Part shown: one piece after another, positions 1-11,419 of the stretch | Numbering within the stretch: the first letter of the stretch is position 1 | Layout: each line of letters opens with the position of its first letter | Assembly (NCBI RefSeq): GCF_963921235.1 | Contig: NC_086108.1 | Location: 13,330,001-13,394,000, forward strand | Direction of reading: 5' to 3' | Origin: Mobula hypostoma | Lineage: Eukaryota | Length of the DNA stretch: 64,000 bases | Position numbers and translations under genes: made by a program | Notes under the pieces: generated by a model | Told to the model about the DNA's origin: nothing | What the model saw: the letters and a program-made list of their open reading frames with translations, nothing else | The model's database searches: none

Positions 1-397
1 TCATAGAGAAATACAGCACAGAAACAGGCCCTTTGGCCCATCTACCCCATGCTGAGACTATTTAAACTGCCTACTCCCAACAACCTGCTCCAGGACCATA
101 GCCCTCCATACCCCTACCATCCATGGACCTATCCAAACTTCTCTTAAACGTTGAAATCGAGCTCACATGGACCACTTTGTGCTGGCAGCTCATTCCATGC
201 TCTCACCACCCTCTGAGTGAAGAAGTTTCCATTCATGCTCCCCTTAAACTTCTCACCTTTCACCCTTCAGCCATAACCTCTGGTCGGAGTCCCATCCAAC
301 CTCAGCAGAAAAAGCCTGCTTGCATTTACCCTATCTATACCCCTCATAATTTTGTATACTTCTATCAAATCTCCACTTATTCTTCTACATTCTAAAG
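1..397 (-). mobile_element. CR1-clade LINE 3' end fragment
   Basis: Minus translation RRISGDLIEVYKIMRGIDRVNASRLF, the CR1 ORF2 C-terminus, followed by 3' UTR-like sequence. Confidence 0.85.
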
Positions 398-1481
398 AAT
401 GATTGAATTTTTTGAGGATGTGACTAAACACATGGATGAAGATAGAGCAGTAGATGTAGTGTATATGGATTTCAGCAAGGCATTTGATAAAGTACCTCAT
501 GCAAGGCTTATTGAGAAAGTAAGGAGAGTAGGATCCAAGGGAACATTGCTTTGTGGATCCAGAACTGACTTGCCCACAGAAGGCAAAGAGCGGTTGTAGA
601 CGGGTCATATTCTGCATGGAGGTCGGTGACCAGTGCTGTGCCTCAGGGATCGGTTCTGGGACCCCATCACCGTGATTTTTATAAATGACCTGGATGAGGA
701 AGTGGAGGGATGGGTTCGTAAATTTGCTGATGACACAAAGGTTGGGGGTATTGTGGATATTGTGGAGGGCTGTCAGAGGTTACAGTGGGACATTGATAGG
801 ATGCAAAACTGGGCTGAGAAGTGGCAGATGGAGTTCAACCCAGATAAGTGTGAGGTGGTTCATTTTGATAGGTCAAATATGATGGCAGAATTTAGTATTA
901 ATGGTAAGAGTCTTGGCCGTGTGGAGGATCAGAGGGATCTTGGGGTCCGAGTCCATAGGGCACTCAAAGCTGCTGCGCAGGTTGACTCCGTGGTTAAGAA
1001 AGCATACGGTGCATTGGCCTTCATCAACCGTGGGATTGAGTTCAAGAGCCAAGAGGTAATGTTGCATCTTTATATGACCCTGGTCAGACCCCACTTGGAG
1101 TATTGTGCTCAATTCTGGTCACCTCACTACAGGAAGGGTGTGGAAACTATAGAAAGGGTGCAGAGGAGATCTACAAGGATGTTGCCTGGATTGGGGAGTA
1201 TGCCTTATAAGAATAGGTTGAGTGAACTCGGCCTTTTCTCTTTGGAGCGACAGAGGATGAGAGGTGACCTGATAGAAGTGTATAAGATGATGAGAGGCAT
1301 TGATCATGTGGATAGTCAGAGGCTTTTTCCCAGGGCTGAAATGGCTAACATGAGAGGGCACAGTTTTAAGGTGCTTGGAAGTAGGTACAGACGAGATGTC
1401 ATTGGTAGGATTTTTATGCAGAGATTGGTGAGTGCATGAATAGGCTGCCGGTGACGGTGGTTGAGGCAGATATGAGAGGGT
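398..1481 (+). mobile_element. CR1-clade LINE ORF2 (RT) fragment, frameshifted
   Basis: VDVVYMDFSKAFDKVPH, KFADDTK, LVRPHLEYCAQFWSP and RGDLIEVYK motifs in ORFs 399..599 and 633..1439. Confidence 0.92.
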
Positions 1482-1511
1482 CCCAGTCCAATTAATAGCC
1501 AGGTATATGAA

Positions 1512-2455
1512 TGTCATAGTCCAGTCCGTGAAGTCCGTATTCCGGTTCACGGTCGGGTCCATCACCTTGCTCCAGGTTTTCCTATCTACCCTGTTTCTGT
1601 TCTTGTTGAGCTAATTGAGGCAGCTGATGCTCGTTGGGGCTGGCTGCATAAATACCTTCAGAGACCCAGGCATAGCTGCTGGATTGTTCTTGTCCTTACT
1701 CCTTGTATCCCTTCCTCTGCCTTCTGTTTCCTCGCCTGAAGCCCTGCCTTGTCTTGCCAGTAATTCTCGCCTCCCCTGAAGTTCTCATCTTGCCTTGCTT
1801 TGCCAATAGCCTTGCCTTGTCTTGCTGTCTGGTCCTGGAGCCACCCTGTACCTAGCTCACTTCCTGTCCCTTGCCTCCGCCCAGGTAAGCCAGGCCTCTT
1901 GCCGTTACCTGGGGTTGGTTCTGTCTCTCCCTGTACCTTGCCTCTGTCGGGTGGTTACCCGTGCCTTGCCCTGGAGTACCGCGCCCTGCCCAGGAGGAGC
2001 CAAGCCTCGCCTCAAGTCTCAAGTCTCCTGCCAAGCCTCGCCTCAAGTCTCAAGCCTCAAGCCTCCAGCCTCCAGCCTCCTGCCAAGCCTCGCCTCGTTT
2101 CTTGCCTAGCCTCAAGCCTGAAGACTCCAGCCTCTAGCCTCTTGCCAAGCCAAGCCAAGTCTCTAGCCTCTATCTTCAAGCCTGCAGATTCCAGCCTCGT
2201 CCTGCCTGCCTGCCAAACCTTGTCCTTGCCTAGTTCTGGGGTCCGAGCCAGAGGCAAAACCCAGGTACTGGGTCCTTGTCCAGTCTCTGGCTCAGAGTCC
2301 AAGCCTGGGCTCTTAGCTCCCTTGTCCAGTCCTGTTCCAGGTTCCTAGTTTTCCTGTCCATGTCCTTGCCATCGCCCTGTATCCTAGTCCTGTCCCTCGT
2401 ACTTCAGTGTCTGTGTCTTGCACTTGGGTCCGTTCCCAGCCACTGCCTTATGACA
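1512..2455. mobile_element. Solo LTR with internal CT-rich degenerate tandem repeats
   Basis: 7-bp terminal inverted repeat TGTCATA...TATGACA. Flanks ATGAA (1507-1511) and ATGAG (2456-2460) form a near-perfect 5-bp TSD. Internal CAAGCCT(C)-type repeats at about 2000-2200. Confidence 0.8.
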
Positions 2456-2469
2456 ATGAGAATGATTTA

Positions 2470-2975
2470 GTGAATGAAGGGGTTAGCATCTGAGGAACTT
2501 TTGATGGCTCTGGGCCTATATTCACTGTAGTTGAGAAGAATGGGTGACACGGTAGTGTAGTAGTGAATGTCGTACCAGCATAGGCTCATTGAACCTGTTA
2601 CCCTACTCTAACTCTCTACATAAATGTAAAATGAGACGGGATCTCAGTGAAACCTATTGCATATTGGTAGACCTAGATAGAGTGGAGAAGATGTTTCCTG
2701 TAGTGGGAGAATCTAGGACCAGAGGGCACAGCCTCAGAATAGAAGGACATCCATTTAGCAAGAGATGAATTCCTTTAACAAGAGAGTGATGAAACTATGG
2801 AGTTCATTACCATGTCATTTAAAGTGGAGGTTAATAGGTTCTTGATTAGTAAGTCAGAGGTTATAGAGAGAGGACAGGAGAATGGGGTTGAAAGAGAGAA
2901 TTAATCAGCCATGATGGAATGGCAGGGCAGACCCAATGGGCTGAATGGCCTAATTCTGCTCCTATGCCTTATGGT
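2470..2975 (+). mobile_element. CR1 LINE 3' fragment
   Basis: Same ORF2 tail and 3' UTR (ggcctaattctgctcctat..cttatgg) as copies ending near 9300 and 25920. Confidence 0.8.
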
Positions 2976-3647
2976 TCTAATTGCAGGATGACAGAAATGA
3001 AAGATGTATGTGAGTAGTCAGTGAATGAGGGATCCTGAAGAGAGTTGTGGCACAGAGAACTAGATACATACTTCCCAAAAAATTGGAAACAGTTGGTGAA
3101 GAAGGCTGTGCTTAATTCTGAGTCATTGATGACAAGTATTGGGACTCAGGATGCATACATACAAGATACTGGACAGACTGCAATTGCAGTTCTGTCCAAC
3201 TGTCCATTTGAGGAATGTTATTAAGACCAAGTGGAATGGGAAAATTCACAAGTACATTACCAGGACTGCAGGGCTTGAGTTATCAGGGAGAGCTGCAAAG
3301 ATTGGGACTGGTTCTCTGAAGGTAAAGAGGTGGAAGGGTGACCTTATAAGGGATATAAAAATCACGAGGAACATGGTTAAGCTGAATATCGTCTCTTTCC
3401 CCAGAGAAAAATGGGAGGGAATAGGTTTAGGGTGAGAGTGGAAATATTTAAGAGGATCTGAGGGGTAGATTTTTCACACAGTTATGTGGAATGAGCTTCC
3501 AGAGGAAATGGTTGAAGTGGGTACAAAACCAATGTGAAAAACACTTGTGGAAAGAGGATATGGGCGCAATGCATTTAAACAGGAATAGTTCATGTCAGCA
3601 CTTTAGCCAAAGGGCTTGTTTCCGTGTTGCTGTTTGACTCTATAATC

Positions 3648-3940
3648 ATTTATTTAATTAGAGATACAGCATGGGCAGGTCCTTCCCGCACACTGGGCCG
3701 TGTCATTCGGAAACCCACCCATTTAGCCCTAGTCTAATCACAGAATAATTTAAATGACTAATTAATGTACTAAACAGCAGGTCTTTGGACTGTGGGAGTT
3801 AACCGGAACATCCAGGGGAAACCCAGACACACACAGGAAGAACGTACAAACTTTTTGCAGAGGACGTCGGAATTGAACTCTGAACTCTGACACCACAAGC
3901 TGTAATCGTGTTGTGCTAACAAATACACCTCAATGGTGCC
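3648..3940 (-). mobile_element. tRNA-derived SINE (HE1-like)
   Basis: Minus strand has a head gttagcacaacacgattacag and B-box-like agttcaattcc, the body core ctttggactgtgggag / gaacgtacaaact on plus, and a LINE-like tail. Confidence 0.7.
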
Positions 3941-4482
3941 CCAGTGATTTAACAATGTCACTGTAAGGAACTCTGTGTATGGAGAGTTACATCCAAATAG
4001 ATTTGTAGGGACTGAGATCAGGTAAAAGTGTGTGGGGGATGAGACGGTAAGTACGGTTAGTGTAGGGAGTGAGACTGGGGTGTGTGTGGAGTGACAGTTG
4101 GGTTAATAATTTGAGGGGAGACCATGATTTTGTTTGCCCCATAGAGAGCTGTGTGGGTTCACAACTTCAGGAAAAGAAGAGGGAGTTAGCCAACATCGTC
4201 ACATTGAAAAGCTGTTTGTATGCACTGCTTGCAGGCCATCACATCGTTCAAACAAGGGCTGTCTGGGTTGTCATATTACTGCCTTAAATAGCCCAACTCT
4301 CTAGTTGATACTTCAGCTGATTCTACTGAACTCTCTAGTATTTACACAAGCAGAACATAGGGTCAGGTCATACCACTTTTTTTGGTAATGGAGGAAATTT
4401 GCTTAGGAAATGAGTGAAGCATATGCAATGAAATGCTTGCATGAAAATCAGGACATAGTGATTGGAAGCATGCTTTTGTTTA

Positions 4483-4641
<159 letters not shown>

Positions 4642-4871
4642 TCAGTACTCCAACCCGAGAAGTTGGCAGGCCGTGGGAAATCAGCTTACTCCGCATTTTC
4701 TTATCCCAAGCTCCTGTACCTACCATGTTATAATGCAGCGATCCACACCAATCTGTTGTTCAAATGCCACTGCAGCAGCAGAGGAGAGATGCAGAGGCAG
4801 AAGATGCCCCTTAGCCAGCCTGTGCTGAACCAACCAGGGAGAGATGGCTGTCCTCCTGGTCAGTCATAGGG

Positions 4872-5110
4872 TCAGGGAGCTAGAGATAAAAGGATTGGGA
4901 GATTGGAGAGAGAAGGAGGGGGAGATAAAGAGGTGGGAGAGAGTGTGAGGGGGAGATACAGGGAGAGTAGGAAGGGAGGAAAAAGATTGAGGAAGGAGGG
5001 GAGGAGAGAAGGAGAGGAAAAGGCAAATGTGAGAGGGAGTAAGGGAGAGAGGTGAGGTGAGAATGGGAGGGAAGAGGGCACGGAAGGAGAGTGGGGAGGG
5101 GAAGAGGTAT
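4872..5110. repeat. Polypurine (GA-rich) low-complexity tract
   Basis: About 240 bp almost entirely G/A on plus. Confidence 0.85.
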
Positions 5111-5114
5111 GTGG

Positions 5115-5870
5115 AGGTGTTGCACTTTGGAAAATTAAACATAAAATGTTACTGGCAGGATCTTTTACAGTGTTGATGTACAGGGGGATCTTGTGGTCCA
5201 AGTTCATTGCTCCCTGAAAGTTGTTGATAGAGTGATAAGGAAGGCATATGAAATGCTAACCTTTGTTAGTCTCATTGAATTGAAGAGTCAGGGAATTAAG
5301 TTGCAAATTCCAGTTAGGCTGCATATGGAGTATTGCATTCATTTCTAGTTGCCCTGTTATAGGAATGAGGTGGAGGCCTTGGAGAGGGTGCAGAAGAGGC
5401 TTACCAGGGTTCTGCTTGAATTGGAGACCATTTAGTATAATAAGAGGTTGAAGAAAGAAGGGTAGTGTTATTTGGAGCAAAAAGGCTGAGGGGAGACTGT
5501 TTATATGATTATAAGAGGCACAGGGGGAGGAGACAATTAGTATATTTTTCCTCAGAGTCCAAATAAATATTTAATACTAGGGGGCATGCAATTAAGGTGA
5601 GAGTGGCAAGTACAAAGGAACTTTGGGGTTAACTTATTTTATACACAGAGAGAGGAAGATGCCTGGCACGTGCTGTCAGGGGTGGTTGTGGAGGCAAAGA
5701 TCAACAGAGGTGTTTAAGAGGCTCATATACAGGCACATGAATGTACAGAAAATGGGATATATACATTGTGTAAGTAGAAGGGGATGATTTAGTTAGGCAT
5801 CTAATTAACAGTTTAATTATTTTGCAGCACACCATGGGGCATAGGGCCAATTCCTTCATTGTACAGTGTA
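5115..5870 (+). mobile_element. Old degenerate CR1 LINE 3' fragment
   Basis: Decayed ttggagagggtgcagaagagg (LERVQ) and aggctgaggggaga (RLRGD) motifs. Confidence 0.7.
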
Positions 5871-5899
5871 GGAGCGAGAGCCAGAGCTTTAATATAATG

Positions 5900-6390
5900 A
5901 GGGGGAGAGTGGGGAGAGAGTCAGAGGGAGAGAATCAGAGGTGGGGGGAGAATTGGAGGGGGAAGAGTCATAAAGGGAAAGGTCAGAGGGAGAAGAATTA
6001 GAGAGTGGAGAGGGGGAGAAACGGGAGATGATGGGGAGACAGAGGGAGAGACAGTGCAGGAAAGAGACGGAAAGAGGAGACAAGGAGAGGCAGAGTGGAT
6101 GATGGGTGAGAAAGAGAGGGGTGAAGAGTGGGGAGAAAGGGTGAGCGTGCAGGAGAGTGGAGGGGGAAGGGGATGAGGTGAAGAAAGGGGGAAGAGAGAA
6201 AAAGGGGTGGAGAGAGGTGAGAGGAGGGAGGAAAGTAGTGGAGAGAGAATGGGGTGAGCAAATGCATGAGAAATTGGGAGAGGGGGAGGTAGAGAGGGGA
6301 TGGAGACATTGTAGTAGGGAGAGAGGTGAGGGAAATAGAGACAAGAGAGAGGATGGGGAGAGAAGATAGGGAGAGAAAGTAAGAGTAGGA
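5900..6390. repeat. Polypurine (GA-rich) low-complexity tract
   Basis: About 490 bp G/A-rich; the source of spurious Ser/Pro/Leu ORFs on minus. Confidence 0.85.
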
Positions 6391-6394
6391 AGGA

Positions 6395-9302
6395 TACTGA
6401 AAGGACAGGCAAGAAGGCTGAGGGGGCAACATTGCTCTATTGGTAGAAAATGAAATCAAATTATTAGAAAGAGATGACATAGTGTCGGAATGTGTTGTCT
6501 TATTGTGGATAGAGCTAAGGAATTGCAAGGGTAAAAAGGCCCTGATGGGAGTTCAGTTGTAAGGAACAGTAAGGACGTGGTCTACAAATTACAATGGAAG
6601 ATAGAAAATGCATGCCAAAAGGGCAATGTAATAATAGTCATGGGGAATTTCAATATGCAGGTAGATTGGGAAAATCAGGTTGGTGTGAAATTCCAAGAGG
6701 CGAAATTTCTAGAATGCCTTAGAGATGGCTTTTAAAGCAGCTCATGGTTGAGCCCACTAGGGGATCAGCTATTCTGGATTTGGTGTCCAATGAACCACAA
6801 TAGATTAGAGAGCTTAAGGCAAAAGGACCCTTAGGGTAGTGATCATAATATGATCAAATTCATCCCAAAATTTGAGAAAGGATAGCTGAAGTCAGATACA
6901 TCAATATTACAATAGAGTAAAGGGACTTACAGAAGCCTGAGAGAGGAGTTGACCTGAATTGATTGGAGGGGAACACTGGCAGGGATGACAGCATAACAGC
7001 TATGGCTGGAATTTCTGGAAGCAATTTGGAAGACATAGGATATATACATCCCAAAGAGGAAGAAGTATTCTAAAGTCAAGATGACACAACTGTTGCTAAC
7101 AAGAGAAATCAAAACCAACATAAAAGCAAAAGAGAGGACATATAATAGCGCAAAATTAGTGGGAAGTTGGGTAGCTTTTGAAAACCAACAGAAGGCAACT
7201 AAAAAGGTCATTAAGAAGGTAAAGTCGGAACAGAAAAGTAAGCTAGCCAATAATATTAAAGAAATTTTCAAAAGTTTCTGCTGATACATAAAATGTAAAA
7301 GAGAGGTGAGAGTGGATATTGGACCACTAGGAAACTGCTGGAGAGAAAGTAATGGGGGACGAGAAAATGACAGATGAACTGAATAGGTATTTTGCATCAG
7401 TCTTCACTGTGGAAGACACTAGCAGTATGGTGGAAGGTCCAGGTGTCAGGGGTCATGAAGAGTGTGAAGTTACCATAACTAGAGAGAGGTTTCTTGGGAA
7501 ACTGAAAGCTCTGGAGGTAGATAAGTCACCTGGGCCAGATGGTGTATACCCCAGGGTTCTGAAAGAGGTGGCTGAAGAAATTGTGGTGGCATTAATAATG
7601 ATCTTTCAAGAACCATTAGGTTCTGAAATAATGGAAAATTGCAAATGTCACTCCACTATTCAAGAGGGGAGAGATCAGAAGAAAGGCTAATTAGTCATCA
7701 TTTATTATTATATTGTAATTTGTCCTTTACTGTGCCTATTGTCTTCTTTATTAATTATTGTACTGTCTTGCACTATTTTGTGCACTTTATGTAGTCCCGT
7801 GTAGGTCTGAAGTCTAATGTAGCTTTGTGTTGTTTCACGTAGTCCAGTGTAGTTTTGTGTTGTTTCAGGTAGCACTATGGTCCTGGAGGAACGTTGTTTC
7901 ATTTTTTACTGTGTACTGTACCAGCAGTTATGGTTGAAATGACAATAAAAGCGACTTGACTTGACTTGACTTGACTCAGTGGTTGGGAAAATGTTGAAGT
8001 CGATTATTAAAGATGTGGTCTCAGGGTACTTGAAGGCACAAGATAAGTTCGGCTGTCTTCATGGTTTCCTCAAGGAAAATCTTGCCTGACAAATCTTTTG
8101 AAATTCTTTGAAGAAGTAACAAGCAGGATAGACTAATGAGAATAGTTGATGTTTTGTACTTGGATTTTCAGAAGGCCTTTGACAAGGTGCCACACATGAG
8201 GCTGCTTAACAAGCTACGAGCCCATGGTATTATAGGAAAAATTCCAGCGGTGGCTGATTGGCAAGAGGCAAAGAGTGGAAATAAAGGGAGCCTTTTCTGG
8301 TTGGCTGTCAGTGACTAGAGTTGTTATACAGAGTCTGTATTGGGATTGATTGAAATTAATGGCTTTGTTGCAAAGTTTTCAAACAATATGAAGATAGGTG
8401 GAGGAACAGGTAGTTTTGAAGAAGCAGAGAGATGACAGAAGGACAGAAAGATTAGGAGAATGGACAAAGAAGTGGCAGATGGGATACAGTGTCAGGGAGT
8501 GTATGGTCATGCACTTTGGTAGAAGAAATCAAACGTTGACTGTTTTGTAAATGGAGAGAAAATACAAAATACTGAGGTGCAAAGGGACTTGAGAGCCCTT
8601 GTGCAGGATTCCCTAAAGGTTAATTTTCAGGCTGAGTCTGTGGTGAGGAAGGCAAATGCAATGCTGGCATTCATTTGAAGAGGACTAGCATATAAAAACC
8701 AGGATGTAATGTTGAGACTTTATAAAGCACTGGTGAAGCCTCACTTGGAATATTGAGAGCAGTTTTGGGTCCTTTATCTTAGAAAGCACATGTTGAAACT
8801 GGAGAGGGTTCAAAGGAGGTTTGTGAAAATGATTCCAGAATTGAATGGTTTGTCATTTGAAGAGCGTTTGATGGCTCTGGGCCTGTATTCACTGGAATTC
8901 ACAAGAATGAGGCGTGACCTCATTGAAACCTATTGAATGGTGAAAGGCCTCGATAGGGTGAATGTTGTGAGTATATTTCTTTTGGTGGGCGAGTCCAAGA
9001 CCAGAGGACACAGCCTCAAAATAGAAGGGTGTCCTTTTAGAATGGAGATGGGGAGGAACTGCTTTCGCCAGAGAGTGGTGAATCTATGGAATTTGTTGCC
9101 ACAGGCAGCAACGGAGGCCTAGTCTTCATGTATATTTAAGGCAAAGTTTGATAGAATCTTAATTGGTCAAAGCATGAAGGGATACAGAGAGAAGGCAGGA
9201 GATTGGGGTTGAGAGGAAAATCAGATCAGCCATGATGAAATGGTGAAGCAGACTCAATGGACAAATGGCCTAATTCTGCTCCTGTATCTTGTTGTCTTAT
9301 GG
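6395..9302 (+). mobile_element. CR1 LINE ORF2 pseudogene (APE endonuclease, RT and 3' UTR)
   Basis: Endonuclease-region motifs (WIELRNCKGK, VMGNFN, SDHNMI), LNRYFASVFT, KSPGPDG, LDFQKAFDKVPH, and 3' UTR ending gtcttatgg. Many stops. Confidence 0.9.
7690..7976 (+). mobile_element. Non-LTR element 3' end with (GACTT)n tail nested in CR1
   Basis: gacaataaaagc followed by gacttgacttgacttgacttgact; CR1 sequence resumes at cagtggttggg. Confidence 0.7.
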
Positions 9303-9378
9303 CTACTGAGTGAGAGGATGGTGAGTATGGGGGTGGTGAGTGACAGGACAGGGAGTGAGAAGACAGGGAGAGAGTGGG

Positions 9379-9968
9379 TGTGGAAGAAAATTCTAAATAA
9401 AGGATTAAAATATCTGCGTTGTTAACACCCTGCACCTTGCTTTAATTAGCAGTATGCTGAGTGCTGGCCTTAGTGCACAACACAGCTGCGTAAAGAAGAT
9501 GAAAACAGTGAAGGCTATGAATTGTAGGAAGGACCTTGTGGGCTGATAATTAAAAAGTGTGTCTGGTTTCCCTTCACCTGTCAGGTACAAACATATGAAA
9601 CAAATTATACCTTTGTACTTTAATGACTTACTGGATCTAAGGATTTAATGAACCTTCTATATAGCATAAATAAAGATTCACCATTCAGCCTAGGTTCTCA
9701 GCATGCTTGCATTAATCTGCCTTAATTTCAAGGGTGTTTAACAACCTATCTCTTTTTTCTTAACATTGACTAATGTAATTGACTTTCTGTGTGCATGTTT
9801 AAGAAGGCTATGACTATTTTTTTTTGGAAACTTGACATTCACCCTGTTAGTGAGTCATTCTTCCTTTATTCATGAATAAAGGTATTCTCGAGTCACTTCG
9901 AAGTCTGTGTCAAATTTACTTGTGATCAACTTTTATTGAACTTCATTAGCAAATAATTTCCCCTAATA
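9379..9968 (+). mobile_element. Putative 5' LTR of the ERV (5' boundary approximate)
   Basis: Begins TGTGGAAGAAAATT and ends AATTTCCCCTAATA (imperfect inverted termini, terminal CA read as TA). AATAAA at 9875-9880. Ends 3 nt before the PBS. Confidence 0.6.
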
Positions 9969-9971
9969 ATT

Positions 9972-9989
9972 TGTCGCTCAACATGAGGC
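9972..9989 (+). promoter_or_regulatory. Primer binding site, tRNA-Lys(CUU)-like
   Basis: TGTCGCTCAACATGAGGC vs the Lys1,2 PBS TGGCGCCCAACGTGGGGC: 14/18 identical, three of four mismatches are transitions, and the next TC also matches. Confidence 0.7.
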
Positions 9990-10378
9990 TCCTTTCAAAT
10001 GGGGCCCAACAAACCATTACACTGTGAGTTTAAGAAGTGAGATCAGTGAACAAGACCAGTAGACGAGGAAATCACGGGGAATGTTTGACTGTGAGCGACT
10101 GAGAGTCTCCGGAGGGGTGTGGGACAAGACCAGTAGGGTAAGACCATTGCAGGTGAGGGGCCCACCCGGCCAGTGTCATCCCTGAGCTCCGGGAGAGTAA
10201 CAAGACAGTAGATGGAAGACAGGTCCAAGACCCACAGCCTACTGAGTAGTCAAATTAAGGACAACAGGTACTTCAAATACTGAGATAAATTCTGGCCATA
10301 CAAGGGTAAGGGAATTGTAGTGTGATTGAAAACTAACTAAATTTGATTACAGATTGATGTTAAACAAACAAGTAAGAA

Positions 10379-10840
10379 ATGGGTAGTAATGAAAGCAAAC
10401 GTGCAATAGGCTCCACTACTATACCGAAGAGGAGAGACAAAAGCAAGGCCTGCTGATCCACCGATCAAGGCTCCGATGAATAAACATACTGAGAAAAAGG
10501 TAAAGCAGTATAAGAAGACGAAGCAACATCTAAGTATGGCTGGAAACTGGGGATAGCAGGTAGGTAATGAATTTTTCTAGTGATTTATACGCATGGAGCC
10601 AGAGAGACTGGCCCTATGGAAGAACTTCCAATTTAAAGAAAATTCCTTACTGGAAAGGTGAGACAAAAGGAGGGGATGTGGACCCAAACTGGGATTTAGA
10701 ATACATGATGTTGTGTTTTAATACATGGGAAGAAGAGGCAAAAAGTTACCAGCCACCAAAACCTAAACCTAAGATGGAGGAAAAAGTACAAAAATACACC
10801 CTTCTCCTCTTTCCTCCCCCTTTGGGACTCTATCCTAAAT
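10379..10840 (+). pseudogene. gag: ERV gag N-terminal (matrix) remnant
   Basis: Starts MGSNESK (MGxxxS myristoylation pattern). Downstream frames give WPYGRTS (WPxxGTF-like), CFNTWEEEA and a Pro-rich PPPLGLYP segment. Stops and frameshifts present. Confidence 0.65.
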
Positions 10841-10869
10841 CTGAGATGATGGGCTGCCAGAAAATCTTA

Positions 10870-11008
10870 TTAGACCATAAGATATCGGAGCAGAATTAGG
10901 CCATTTGGCCCATCGAGTCTGCTCCACCATTTCATCATGGCTGAACCAATTTTCCTCTTAGCCCCAATCACCTGCCTTCTTCCCGTTTCCCTTCATGTCC
11001 TGACCAAT
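10870..11008 (-). mobile_element. CR1 3' UTR tail at the ERV gag/pol deletion junction
   Basis: Reverse complement of the CR1 3' end (agaccataagatatcggagcagaattaggcc). Confidence 0.8.
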
Positions 11009-11419
11009 CACGGCTACTTTCTAGTTTCCTGGTGCTGATGAAGGATACAAGAAAAAAAAAGCCAAGGCTCTTGACGGAGAGCATTATAAGATGTGCTTTA
11101 AAGGCCAAATATTTTCTTAGCCCTGAAGGGGGTAACTGCCGAAATACAGCCATACCCTCCTCAGATGAGCTACCTCCTGGAAGGAGACCACTCCAAACCC
11201 AGTGTATCCCTGGGAATAAAGCCCCCCCCCCGCCCACCTCTAAGCCTAAACATCTAGCTCCGACGGTGAAACGGTTAAAAGAGCAATTTCAAGGCACCCT
11301 TCTGACTGGCGTAACCTAATTTGGTCCCTACACTGGAGTGATAATAACAAATCCTCTTAAAATTCTTGCTTTTAGGATCCCTTGTAACCCCACCCACTTC
11401 TCCATAGTGTGACCTTCCC

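Noticed and set aside
633..1439. 268-aa RT ORF as an active retrotransposon
   Set aside because: 5'-truncated, frameshifted relative to 399..599, damaged PQG region, and no endonuclease or ORF1.
1800..2348. 182-aa Ser/Pro/Leu-rich ORF
   Set aside because: Product of tandem repeats inside a solo LTR; non-ATG start and no domain motifs.
3840..3940. tRNA gene suggested by a B-box-like motif
   Set aside because: It is a SINE head attached to a SINE body and tail; no cloverleaf is evident.
5889..6528. Overlapping 150-176 aa minus-strand ORFs
   Set aside because: Stop-poor CT-rich low-complexity sequence.
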